Assembly (NCBI GenBank): GCA_016618085.1
Contig: JABLTG010000134.1
Coordinates: forward strand, 1 to 56,280
DNA: 56,280 nt
Origin: Neovahlkampfia damariscottae
Lineage: Eukaryota
Reading direction: 5' to 3'
This document shows positions 12,670-24,494 of this stretch, one piece after another. A program made the translations under genes and the position numbers. A model generated the notes under the pieces. It was not told the origin of the DNA and made no database searches. It saw only the letters and a program-made list of their open reading frames with translations. How positions within the stretch are numbered: the first letter of the stretch is position 1; each line of letters starts with the position of its first letter.

Positions 12670-14634
12670 ATGCCAAAAAGCAAATTCGGAGTTCCAAAAA
12701 GTCAAATTAGTCATTCAAATAATGCAAAAAGAGATGTTCCTGCAAGTGCTACAGATATCACAGGAAAAGGTCTCGGAAAGTTAAGATCAAATCAAACTAT
12801 TCGTAGACTTCAAATGTACTCTACAAAAGTGAAAAGAGATAGACAAGGAAATATTGTTAAAGGAAGTGTTTTACCATCATCTCAAAAAATTGAAAAAGGT
12901 GGTGTGGCTAGAATTGCACCAGATCGTAGATGGTTTGGTAACACAAAAGTTGTTGGACAAAAAGAATTAGATAAATTTAGAGAAGAATTAAAAAAGAAAA
13001 TTCATGATCCATATAGTGTCCTTATGAAACAAGCTAAAATTCCATTTTCACTTTTACAAGAATCTGAAGAAAGAAAAGATCAAATTATGAACAAAATTAA
13101 TTTTCAAGAAGTCTTTGGTAAAAAATCATTAAGAAAAAGACCAAAATTAAAACATGTTGATGTCACAGATATGTCTCAAGTAATGGAAGAAACAGAAGGT
13201 AAACTAAAAATTCAATTTTTAAAACTCTAAAAAGAGAAATATAATCCTGATAAAGATCGTAATATCAAAGTTGATAAATGGTACAAAGATGAATTTGAAG
13301 ATCCAACTTTTTTAAAAGGCCAATCAAAAAGAATTTGGGGTGAATTATATAAAGTTATTGATTCAAGTGATGTTATTATTCAAGTACTTGATGCAAGAGA
13401 TCCAATGGGTACAAGATCACCACCAATTGAAAAATATATTAAGAAAGAAAAAAGTTACAAACATTTAATTTTTGTATTAAACAAATGTGATTTAATTCCA
13501 ACATGGGCAACAGCAAGATGGGTTAGAGTATTATCACAAGAATATCCAACTTTAGCATTTCATGCAAGTATTACAAATCCATTTGGAAAAGGTTCTTTAA
13601 TTCAATTACTTCGTCAATTTGCACAATTACATAAAGATAAAAAATCTATTAGTGTTGGTTTCATTGGATATCCAAATGTTGGAAAATCATCTGTTATTAA
13701 TACATTAAGAAAAAAAAAAGTTTGTAAAGCTGCTCCAATTCCAGGTGAAACAAAAGTTTGGCAATATGTTACTCTTATGCGTAAAATATTTCTCATTGAT
13801 TGTCCTGGTGTTGTTTATAGTTCATCGGATACACATACAGATATTGTTTTAAAAAGTGTTGTTAGAATTGAAAATTTAGAAGAAACAACTGATTATATTG
13901 AAGAAGTTCTTAAAAGAGTTAAAAAAGAATATCTTCAAAAACATTATAAAATTGTTGATTGGAGAGATCATATTGACTTTTTAACACAAGTTGCAAGATC
14001 AACTGGAAAATTATTGAAAGAAGGAAAACCTGATTTAAATACAACTGGAAAAAGAATTTTACATGATTGGCAAAGAGGTAAAATTCCATGGTTCAAACCA
14101 CCTCCATTTGATGATGCTCAACAAAAAGAAAAAGCAGTTTCAGAAACACCTTCAAATCTTCAAATTAATCAATTATTTAATACTATTAAATTATCAGAAG
14201 ATTTTAAATTTGATAAAGATGATAAAACTGGTGCTCGATATGGTGTTGAACAAGAAGTTGAAAAAAAAGTTGAAGAAGAAATTCAATTAGGAGAACCTGT
14301 CAATTGGGATGACATTTATGCGACAATGCCTTCAGACGAAGAAGAAGAAGATGATGATTTACAAGGTGGTGAAGATATTGAAGAAGATTCCATTGAAGAA
14401 GAAGAAGAAGAAGAAGAGAATGAAGATGAATCATCTTCAGATGAAGAATTAGATTTCCCAGTTGGTGAAATTATGGAAGAAGAAGAAATTGTAATTGAAG
14501 CTCCAAAATTAAAAAAAAAAGAAAAAAAAGGAAAAACTATCACATCAGATGGAAGATCTCGTACAACTGCAAATGGTTATATTCCTTCAAAAATCTTGAT
14601 GAGAATGAAAAAAAGAAAAGAAATGAAAAAATAA
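12670..14634 (+). CDS. NOG2: Nucleolar GTPase NOG2/GNL2
   Basis: NGP1NT region ([13 protein letters not shown]), [37 protein letters not shown]. Intron 13199-13234. Confidence 0.95.
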
Positions 14635-14640
14635 ATATTT

Positions 14641-15336
14641 TTAAAAAATCACAAATAAATCAACAAAGTGCAAATTATTTTCTAATGAAAAAACAAAATG
14701 TTCACTTGAGAATTTGAATCTGAAATGTTCTAAATATTCTTCGATACTGACAAAATGTTCTATTTCTTTTCCTTTAATTTCATTAAAAGTGAAATATCTC
14801 AAATGAAATAAGTATCCAATTTGATATGGAAAAGATTGCAAAGGATTGTTTTCAATTGCAAATTTAATCAATTTTTCATTTTTTATGATTTCATTTGGGA
14901 TTTTAGTTAATTGGTTACATCTAAATGAAAGAAATCTTAATTTTTGTAAATTTTGAAATTCATTTGAAAATGTTTGAATTGAATTTCCACTAAAATCAAT
15001 ATAATTTAAGTTTTTCAAATTTGATATTTCTGATGGGATCTTTGTGAATTGATTATAACTCAAATCAAGTATTTTTAATTTTTTTAGTTTTTTGAAGTTT
15101 TCTGGTAAAAATGAAAGACGATTATTTGTAGCTGTGATGGATTGTAAATGATTTAAATTTGAAATTTGTTCTGGAATGGTGGTGAAGTTATTGTAACTTA
15201 AATTTAAAACAGTCAAATTTTCTAAACCAAAAACATATTCTGGGATGAATAATAACTTTTTAGCCCACAAACTGCATTCTTCTTCTACTGGTTGTGATTT
15301 TTTGTTTTTTTTAGTTTTTTGAGGTGATTTCTTCAT
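14641..15336 (-). CDS. Leucine-rich repeat protein
   Basis: Repeated LxxLxLSxNxFTxIPxxIxxL units. Confidence 0.85.
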   Translation of the reverse strand: MKKSPQKTKKNKKSQPVEEECSLWAKKLLFIPEYVFGLENLTVLNLSYNNFTTIPEQISNLNHLQSITATNNRLSFLPENFKKLKKLKILDLSYNQFTKIPSEISNLKNLNYIDFSGNSIQTFSNEFQNLQKLRFLSFRCNQLTKIPNEIIKNEKLIKFAIENNPLQSFPYQIGYLFHLRYFTFNEIKGKEIEHFVSIEEYLEHFRFKFSSEHFVFSLENNLHFVDLFVIF

Positions 15337-15474
15337 CAAAATTCTTTTGAAAAATTTTTGGAGGAACTGTTCATATTTGTTTGTGTAAGGCTAAATAAAC
15401 TGTGGACTATTAAAAATTCATCCAAAATTGTCTTTTTTCCTCTCCTCAAAAAAAGTGTCCAATCATCACTGAAA

Positions 15475-16077
15475 ATGAATTATGCTGGTAAAACTGATAA
15501 ACTTGAAAGAACAATATATGTTACACATATTAGTAGTGTTTTAAAAGAACATGATGTTGCAAAATTTTTTAATACGGTTGGAGAGATTTCTAACTTAAAA
15601 GTACTTGGTTACCCAAACGCAACAAAGAAATATGCATTGGTAGAATTCAAAGAAAAAGAAAAAGCTAATGAGTCATTAAATTTAAGTGGAACTATTCTAA
15701 AAGGTTATTATATCAACATAACAAAATCAAAAACAATTTGTAATGGAGAACCACCTGAATGTTTAAAAAATCAAAAAATCAAAATAGAAAAAGCATCAAA
15801 AGTTGAAAGAACTATTTTTGTATCAAATATTGATCCTCTGGTAATTTCAAAAAAATAAGTCAAATTTTTCCAGATTTTGGAATCTCAGATTTATGAATGT
15901 TTTGAAAATTGTGGAAAAATAGAAAAATGGAAATTTCGCAAATCAAAAAATGCACAACCAAATTCAGCAAGAATTCAATATGAAAATGTAGACAGTTTAA
16001 ATTGTGCAATATCATTATCAGGTTTCAAACTTGGAAATCAAAAAGTTTCAATTGAAAAGAGTATCATTGAAATCTAA
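15475..16077 (+). CDS. Two-RRM RNA-binding protein
   Basis: Two RTIYV/RTIFV RNP2 starts and a YALVEF RNP1. Intron 15841-15873. Confidence 0.75.
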
Positions 16078-16189
16078 CAAAAAAAATTTTTTATTTTCAA
16101 TTCTCCAAAAAATCTGATGAACAAGTTGCAAAAATGAAAAATATCAAATTTTCTTCTTTGTTTTGAATTTTAACTATCAAAATGAAAAA

Positions 16190-19100
16190 TTATTTTTCTT
16201 GAGTTAACAATTGACTGGTAATGTCTTGTTGAGTTAAAAGTTCATCTTGTGTTTTTAAAGATTCTGAAGGAGCTAATCCTGGATAATAACCTTCTGGAAG
16301 ATTTGGTCTCACAAATGTATTATTTTTATCCATATTGAATTCTAAAGTTGTAATATCTGTTCCAAATGGAATTGCTGAAACTAAACCGTAACCTAATCCA
16401 TATCGTTGATTGACATATTTCTTAGGTTTGTGAAATTGAATAATTGAAGGTTTCAAATGATTCAAAGGACCTTCTACAACACATTTATTTTCTTTAAAAT
16501 GGCATAATAATAAATTCCATAATGGTTGTTTTGATAAAACTTTTGCATTTCCAATGATAATTAAACCACATCTAGCTCTTGTTAAAGCAACGTTTAATCT
16601 TCTTGGATCATTTAAAAATCCAATACCTTGATGATCATTTGATCTCACACAGTTGTGTACAACAACGTTATTAGAAAGTAAAAATAATTTGTCACTATCT
16701 TCTTTCAAGGTAATTCCATAATATTCATCAATTTTGTCAGTCAATTCTATTTCTTGATCATCAGTAGAAAAGACATTTTGAGTTTTACTCAAATTTTCTA
16801 ATATTATTTTTAAGCACACTTCTCTTGCTATTGATGTTTTTAATTTTCTTTGCAAATAACTATTAATTGAATTTTCACTAATTTCTATTGAAGACATTTC
16901 TGATATTTTCTTGTTGGATAGGCCGAATTTTTTATTCTCTTTTAATACCATGCAAATTTTATCATCATCCCATTTTTTAATTATTTCTTGATCTAATTTT
17001 TGTTTTTTTTTAGGATTTTTATTGATATTTTCATTGTTTGTTTGAAGTTTTTGTATATCAAATGAAAAATAATGTTCTAAAAATTCAATATTTTTTGGTG
17101 GATCTTCTCTTTTCTTTTTTATTGCACATTTTGATAAAATATTTGTTAAAATAGAACAATTTGTTAATTGAATACTAAAGGCAATTTTATGTTTTGTTCC
17201 ACTTTGATCCATATATTCATTTCTTTTGTGAACTGTAGTATTAATTCCAAGAGATCTTGCTAAATTAACTATTCCATTCATCAATTCTATATAAATTGTA
17301 ACAATATCAACATATTTATATCCATTTTTATCATTTTCTCTTTTATGTCCATCAGAATCTATTAAACCTGCTAGTAACCATTCTCTCACTTTTATTTCTT
17401 CCGTATTAAAAAAACTTGGAATTGTTTTATATTTTGGCTTTCCCATATCAAGTTCTTTTATTAAATTCCAAAAGCAATTATTTGTTTTTAAATTTTTCTT
17501 TTTTCCATTATTATCAAAATTAGAATGGAGCATTATTTTTCCTCCTTTGTTTTGAGATTTTTTTTGTTCATCACTTTGATATGGTTGAATTGATGGAAAT
17601 AATCCGATATCTTTTGCATATTCTTTTATTCTTTCAATTTCATCAAGATCTTCTATATTTACTGATACTTCTGGTTGAATTGAATTTCCGTCTCCAATCC
17701 AAATTCCTAATAACCATGCTACTTTTTCAATATTTTGATCTTTAATATCATTTTTGATGCAGATATTTTTGAAAGTTGTATTTTCTAATAAAATAGGAAC
17801 CCATCTTTGAAATGATTTATCTCTTACAAGTTGTTGAGCATATTTTAAATTTTCTACTGAAATATTCCAATCTATAGGATTCTTTTGTTGAGATTCCATA
17901 AAAGTAATGGCTTGATTTCTATCATCAAATTTTTTTCTTTGGTATAAAACCATTTCAATTTCTTCATCAGTATCAGGTATTTTCCAATTTTTTATAAGAT
18001 TATAATATTTCACCATTATTTTTTTCTTTCCTCTTTCATCTATTTCAGTGATTGATGGATTAACATTTGTTGTAGTTAAAACCAATTTATGTTTAGAATT
18101 ACAAACATATTCAATTCTTCCATATGTTTCTGCTGGATCTATATGTTTTGTACGTTGTGTTACTTTATACATAACATCATAACCTCTGCATGTATCAATG
18201 ACTTCACGTGGTTTAGAATCTGGTCCTAATACTTTTTCACCAATTTCAACATCTTGAATTCTTTTTTCTAAACCATTTGACATTATTATAATTGTATCTT
18301 TTTGAAAACATGTTAATATAATGTAATCTTTTTCACGACCTTGAAATGAATCTACACTTGCAACTTCAATTTGTTTATATAATTGTGTTCTTAGTGTTCC
18401 AGCTCTTTGCATATGATTAACACAATGAGCACGTTGTCCTTCATATGGTGTAATAACACCTAAACTATCTGGTGTAACTCCTGCTTGTAATAATGCAGTT
18501 ACTGTTTGTTCAACAAATTCTGCTTCTGTTGTATTTAAATATGAAGTACCTGAAGCACTATATTCTTCATGTCCATTGGAATTATAGAAAAACATTGGTT
18601 TGTTTTTAACTGGCCATGGAAATGCAATTGAATTTTTTGATCTTTCTGATGAAGTAACTCCATTTTGTAATGTTCCTTCATAAAATGTATCACTTGGAAA
18701 TTCAGATAAACATGGATGCATTCTATATTGCACTTGAAGTCTAATTGGACGAATTCCAATCATCACAAGTCTTTCAAACAATGACCTTGCAAGACCTGCT
18801 CTTGCTGCTTTTTTACACATAATAACAGGTCCTAATTGACAATGATCTCCAACTAAAACAATTTGTTGTGCTCCTTTTACAATTGGAATTAAACATTCAG
18901 GTTCTGTTGCTTGTGTTGATTCATCAATAACAATAAATTTGAATTTTAAACCTGATAATCTTGGATCACCTGCTCCTACACATGTACAACAAATTACATC
19001 CGCATTTTTAAGAATTGTTTTTTCTGACATATATTTCATAGTCTTGTATTTCTTTTCATCAGATTTAGTTAATTCTCCTTGTAGTTCTTTTAAGTCTAAT

Positions 19101-22100
19101 AATTTTTTAAATTCTTTTTTATCATTATCTAAATATTTAATTTGATTATGAAGTGATAAAAATTCAACTGATGATTTTACTGCTTCTCTACTTTTTGCAC
19201 AAACTCTAACTACCTTCAATCCAGTTGCATGAATTTTTTCAGATAATTGATCAACAGCAACATTTGAAGGTGCACAATTATGCACAATACATGTATTTGC
19301 TAAGAGAAAAAGAGAATCTTGAACAGTAATTCCATAATACTTATATGAGCTATTGGAAATATTTTCGTTGATATTTTCTTTATAATCATCCAACTTTGTT
19401 TTAAGATTTTTTCTCAATTCTGAATCATCTTCCCATTGAAGAGGAGTACCTTTTTCATCCATTTTTATTATTTTTCTAACTTCAAAATGTATTTTATGTA
19501 ATCCAGAAGAATAAGAATCAACTTTTGCTTGTTTTCTTGGTAAAGCACAATGAGAAAGAACATTTTTGAGAGAAGAACAGAGTGATAATCTTATCACATA
19601 ATGTTCTTGTTGATTAATTCCATCTACAATTTTCTTGTCTTTGTAGAGTATTGATACTGGAATTCCAAGTGATCTGGATATTGAAATTAAACCATCTCTA
19701 ATAGTTGGATATATAGTTTTAATTTCAACACGTTTATCTTTCTCTAAAGATACATATCCATCTGAGTCAATAATACCTGCTAAGAACCATTCTCTTACAA
19801 TAGTGTCTTCAAAACAAAGAAGGCCAGGAATATTTTTTTGTCCTTTCTCTCCCATTCCAAAATATTTAATGAGATCCCAGAAAGGATTATTTGTGGTTAA
19901 ACTATTACCATCTGTTTTTTTCTTTGTTTGTGAATGTAATTTGATTTCACCTGTTTTCTTTGGAAAATGGGTAAAAACATTTGATGGTTGTAATCCAATG
20001 TGTTTAGAGTATTCTTGAATTCTTGCAATTTCTTCAATATCTTCAACATTTAAAGAAATTACAGGGCTTTCGGAATAACCATCTCCAATCCATAAACCAA
20101 AAAGCCAAGAAATTTTTAAAATATCTTTTGGATTTAATGAACATTTTTCAATAATTTCCGAAAAAACTGTTTTCTTCAAATTGAACGATGTAGCAAGTTG
20201 ATAAGTAGCAGAACGAACATTTTTAGAAAGATTTTTAAATTTTTCAGCTGAAATTAACCAATCAATAGATTTGAGCTTATTTTCTTCATAAAATTTGAGT
20301 GCTTCTTTCATAACTTGTTCTTCATTTGTGCTTTTATTGTAATTCATAATTTTCCAGTTCAAAGATGTGCGTACTACCTTATCAATTGTTGTATTAGATT
20401 CTGAAGTCTTAATTTCCATTTTTTTAAAATAATGCACTCTGATATAATATGAATTTTCTGATTTGGAGAATGATTTTTTTGGATACGTGGGTTGTACTGG
20501 TGTATGAACAACAAGAAGATGTTTTGAATTGCAAATAAATTCTATCAGTCCATATTTTTCTTCTGTTTTATGTCTACTTTTTTGTACGACATGATACATG
20601 GTATCTTCTCCATTGGCAGTGTTTGTAACAACTTTTGGTTCAGAATTAGGTCCAAGAACATAATCTCCTTTTTGTATATCTTCTATTTTTTTTATTGTAC
20701 CATCAGCCATTAAGACAAGAGTTCCTTTTGAAAAACAAACTAAAATTTGTGATTTATAAGTTTTAGCAAGATGATAAACAACTGTGGCAGATGTAACTGT
20801 TTTTCCTGTTCCTGGAGGACCTTGTATAAGTGATAGTGGTTTCTGTAATACTGATTTAACTGCTTGTGTTTGTGAATGATTTAATTCAGGTAATCCTGGA
20901 GCACTAAATTTTGTTGGTAACTTAACTTTTAAAGGTTCTTCTTCCATATCATGACCAAGTAATTTATGATAGAGATATTCACTCATACTCTTTTCATCAA
21001 CAGCAAAACTCTTTAATGATTTTTGCATTCTATCAAATGATGTTGATTTCCAAACAAAATCGACTGAATAACCATCTGTATGTGTTGGTGGTTTGATTGA
21101 GTTTTTCATTTCAACTGCTACTTCTTCATTACTTGTAAATCTAACAACAAGACCAACTCCAACCCAATCAGGTTCTTTTTTATGAGTTATACGTAATTCA
21201 TCACCTGCTACTAAACGTAATTCATTATCATCACTTGAAAACACAAAATATGCAACTTTTTTTTGATTTAATCCAGTTTCCCAACGAATTGAAATATTAT
21301 CTTTAGTTTGTGATTCTTTCATTTTTTTATCATATTCAGCTTCTAATTTAACCAATGGACTTAAAATATTTTGATAATAATAAGCATCATCATAAGTGAA
21401 TTGTACCTTTAAAGGTTCATCATCAACACCTGGTTTTTCTAAATCTTCGAATTTTGCATCTGGTTTTGATTTCCATAACTCTTCAAGTTTGTTAATTTGT
21501 TGAGCTGTTTTTATAAAAATAAAAAAAAAAAAAAAAAAAAAAACCTGTGATATGTCTTGCACGTCTTTCTTCTTGTTCTGAAGGATATTTTACTAACCAA
21601 GGTAAAAATTGTCTGTCTTCAATTAAAGGTGACCATTTTGTTAAATCCCATTCTTCTTCTTTTAATTGATTTTGATGTAAACAGGGGTCTCTGCATAATA
21701 AAACAACCATTGACTCTTTTTTTGATGAGATATAACCAAGTAAAAAAATATTTTTTGAAGCACAATTGTAGCACTCTAAAACAGTTCCTAAAATTTTTTA
21801 AAGTTTTTTTTTTTTTACCTCCTAGTGGTGATACTTTATGTAATGATATTTCTTTATGTTTTGATTTTACCAAATGATGAATAATATGTGAGCCTGAAGT
21901 ACTTCCTCTTCCGTTACAAAACCATTTGTTACAAACATTACATTTTACTACTGTAGCTGTATCAGACATACCACAGTAACTATTTTGTTTTTGTTATTTA
22001 AAAATACTTTTTGTTTTACCTGCATGCATGTTCTGGTAATTCTTTAAAATCAAATTTGAGTTCATCAGGTTCATCTTCTTCAAATTTTAATTTTGAATCT

Positions 22101-22318
22101 TGTGAAAATGATTCTGTTATTGATAAATCATAATCAGTGTATGTATCTTTCCATAATTGACTATTAGAGTCAAAACTTTGTGAATTTTGACTAAATCCAC
22201 CTGTTGAGAACTCTTGTGTTTTTATGTCTTCTATAAAAGAGAATGAAGAGTTTTGTGACTTATCATCTAAAGAATCGTCTTGACTCTGAAACTCAAAGTT
22301 TGGTTCATCCTGAGACAT
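16190..22318 (-). CDS. UPF1: UPF1 nonsense-mediated decay helicase precursor containing two inteins
   Basis: CH zinc domain (HAC..C, KWFCN, LECYNC, LLCRDPC) across 3 short introns. SF1 motifs [60 protein letters not shown] are contiguous once the two inteins are removed. Confidence 0.97.
16652..18310 (-). mobile_element. Intein 2 in UPF1 (553 aa) with LAGLIDADG homing endonuclease, PI-SceI/HO type
   Basis: Starts [32 protein letters not shown] and [16 protein letters not shown]...[12 protein letters not shown] before extein Cys (CVRSN). Confidence 0.95.
19277..20737 (-). mobile_element. Intein 1 in UPF1 (487 aa) with LAGLIDADG homing endonuclease, PI-SceI/HO type
   Basis: Starts [13 protein letters not shown], block B region [18 protein letters not shown] helices [10 protein letters not shown] and [16 protein letters not shown], ends IVHN before extein Cys (CAPSN). 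Confidence 0.95.
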
Positions 22319-22444
22319 TTTGATTGGTTCAATTTTTTTTTTCAATTCCGGTAAACAAATAATTTTATTTTTCGAAAATAACAATTTCAAGTGGAATATA
22401 AATTTTTTTTCCAACTGATTTTTTTTTGATTGGAGCATTGTTTC

Positions 22445-24477
22445 ATGTTAAAAAAATTCCAACGTCGGAGCTTCAATTTTTTTAAGAACTATTCAAAAAA
22501 TTATGATGTAGTAGTAATTGGTGGTGGTCATGCTGGATGTGAAGCATCTACTGCATCTGCAAGAACTGGTGCCGAAACACTTCTTGTTACACATAAATTT
22601 GATACAATCGGTGAAATGTCATGCAATCCGTCAATTGGTGGTGTAGGAAAAGGTACTTTAGTTAGAGAAATTGATGCTCTTGGTGGTGTAATGGGTTACG
22701 TAGCAGATCATGCAATGATACATTACAAAACGTTAAATTTATCAAAAGGACCTGCAGTTTATGTAAAACTAAAATCAAAAATTAATTCTTTAAAAAGGGT
22801 CCAAGAGGACAAATGGACAGAAAATTATATAAAAAAAAAATGCAAGAAATTTTATCAAAATATGAAAATTTAACAATCAACACTGGTGGAGTTGAAGATT
22901 TGATTGTAGAAAATAATGAAATTCATGGTGTCGTTTTAAGTTTGTCTTTAATATGATTTACTGAAAAAATAGCTGATGGAAGTGAAGTTGCTTGTAAAAA
23001 AGTCATTTTAACAACTGGTACTTTTTTAAATGGAATTATACACATTGGACCATACAAAAAAGTTCCTTCAGGTAGAATAGGTGAAAAGCCATCTATTGGA
23101 TTAAGTGAAACCTTATATTCACTTGATTTCAAAATGGGTAGATTAAGAACAGCCACACCTGCAAGATTAAAAAAATCAACTATTGATTTCTCACCTTTTC
23201 CAGTTCAAATAAGTGAAAAAGCACAACCATTTTCTTATATAAACGAAAAAGTTTTGAATGAAGATGCTTTCGTTGAGTGTTATGAAGCCAGAACAACCAC
23301 AGAATCACTTGAAATTATTAAAAATAATTTGGATCAAATACCACAAACAATGGAAGCAAATGGTGGAAAAGGATTAGGTCCAAGATATTGTCCTTCAATA
23401 GAGACCAAAGTTGTCAGGTAAGCATACCAAAATTGAATTCATTTTCTTTTTAGATTTGAAGGTAGAAATCATATTATTTGGTTGGAACCTGAAGGACTAG
23501 ATTCAGAAATTATCTATCCAAATGGTATTTCAACAGGCTTACCAGGTGAAGTTCAAGAAGAATTCATCAAGAAAATTCCAGGTTTTGAAAATGTAGAAAT
23601 ACTTGTTCCTGGATATTCAGTTGAATATGACTATGTTGACCCAAGAGAATTAAAATCTACTTTAGAAACAAAAAAGATTAAAGGGTTATATTTTGCTGGA
23701 CAAATTAATGGTACAACTGGTTATGAAGAAGCAGGAGCACAGGGTGTGTATGCGGGAATTAATGCAGCATTAGCAATAAGAGAAGAAGATCCTTTTATTC
23801 TAAACCGTTCTGATGCTTATATTGGTGTTTTGATAGATGATTTGATTACCAAAGGAGCAGATGAACCTTATAGAGTTTTTACAGCCAGAGCTGAGTATAG
23901 ACTTAGTTTAAGAGCTGACAACGCTGATTTTAGACTCACTGAAAAAGGATTTGAAATTGGATGTGTCAATGAAGAAAGATTTGAAAAATTTCTGGAAAGA
24001 AAAAAATTATTCCAAGAAGCAATTGAACAATTAGAATCAATCAATTTTACTTGCCAATTTTGGAAAGAATTATTAAATGAAGAAAATCAAATATCAAATT
24101 CACCTCATAAAAAAAATGGTATTGAAATTTTATCACATCCAAATTTGAGGTTATCTGAGTTAATTGAAAAACTTGACGAATTAAAATCAATTTCACCAAA
24201 AGTAATTGCATCAGTTGAAGCATATTGTAGATATAAACATTTTTTGAATTCACAAGAAAAAGAAATACAATTATTCAATAAAAATGAAAATTTGAAATTA
24301 CCTGATGATTTGGATTATTCATCTATGAGACAAATATCAAATGAAGAAAAACAAAAACTAGAAAAATTCAGACCTGAAAATCTGGGAGCAGCAAGTAGAA
24401 TTCAAGGTATTAGACCACCTACATTGCTATATTTACTTCGATTCACCCAAAAAAAACTTGAAAGAGAAAAACAATAA
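22445..24477 (+). CDS. MTO1: tRNA uridine-5-carboxymethylaminomethyl modification enzyme MnmG/GidA (MTO1)
   Basis: [57 protein letters not shown]. Three short introns and an N-terminal presequence. Confidence 0.95.
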
Positions 24478-24494
24478 AAAATAATTTACAAGAT

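Noticed and set aside
16652..20737. UPF1 inserts as group I or spliceosomal introns, or as Hedgehog-type Hint domains
   Set aside because: They are in frame without stops, have C...HN|C termini plus internal LAGLIDADG motifs, and split conserved helicase motifs, which is the canonical intein pattern.
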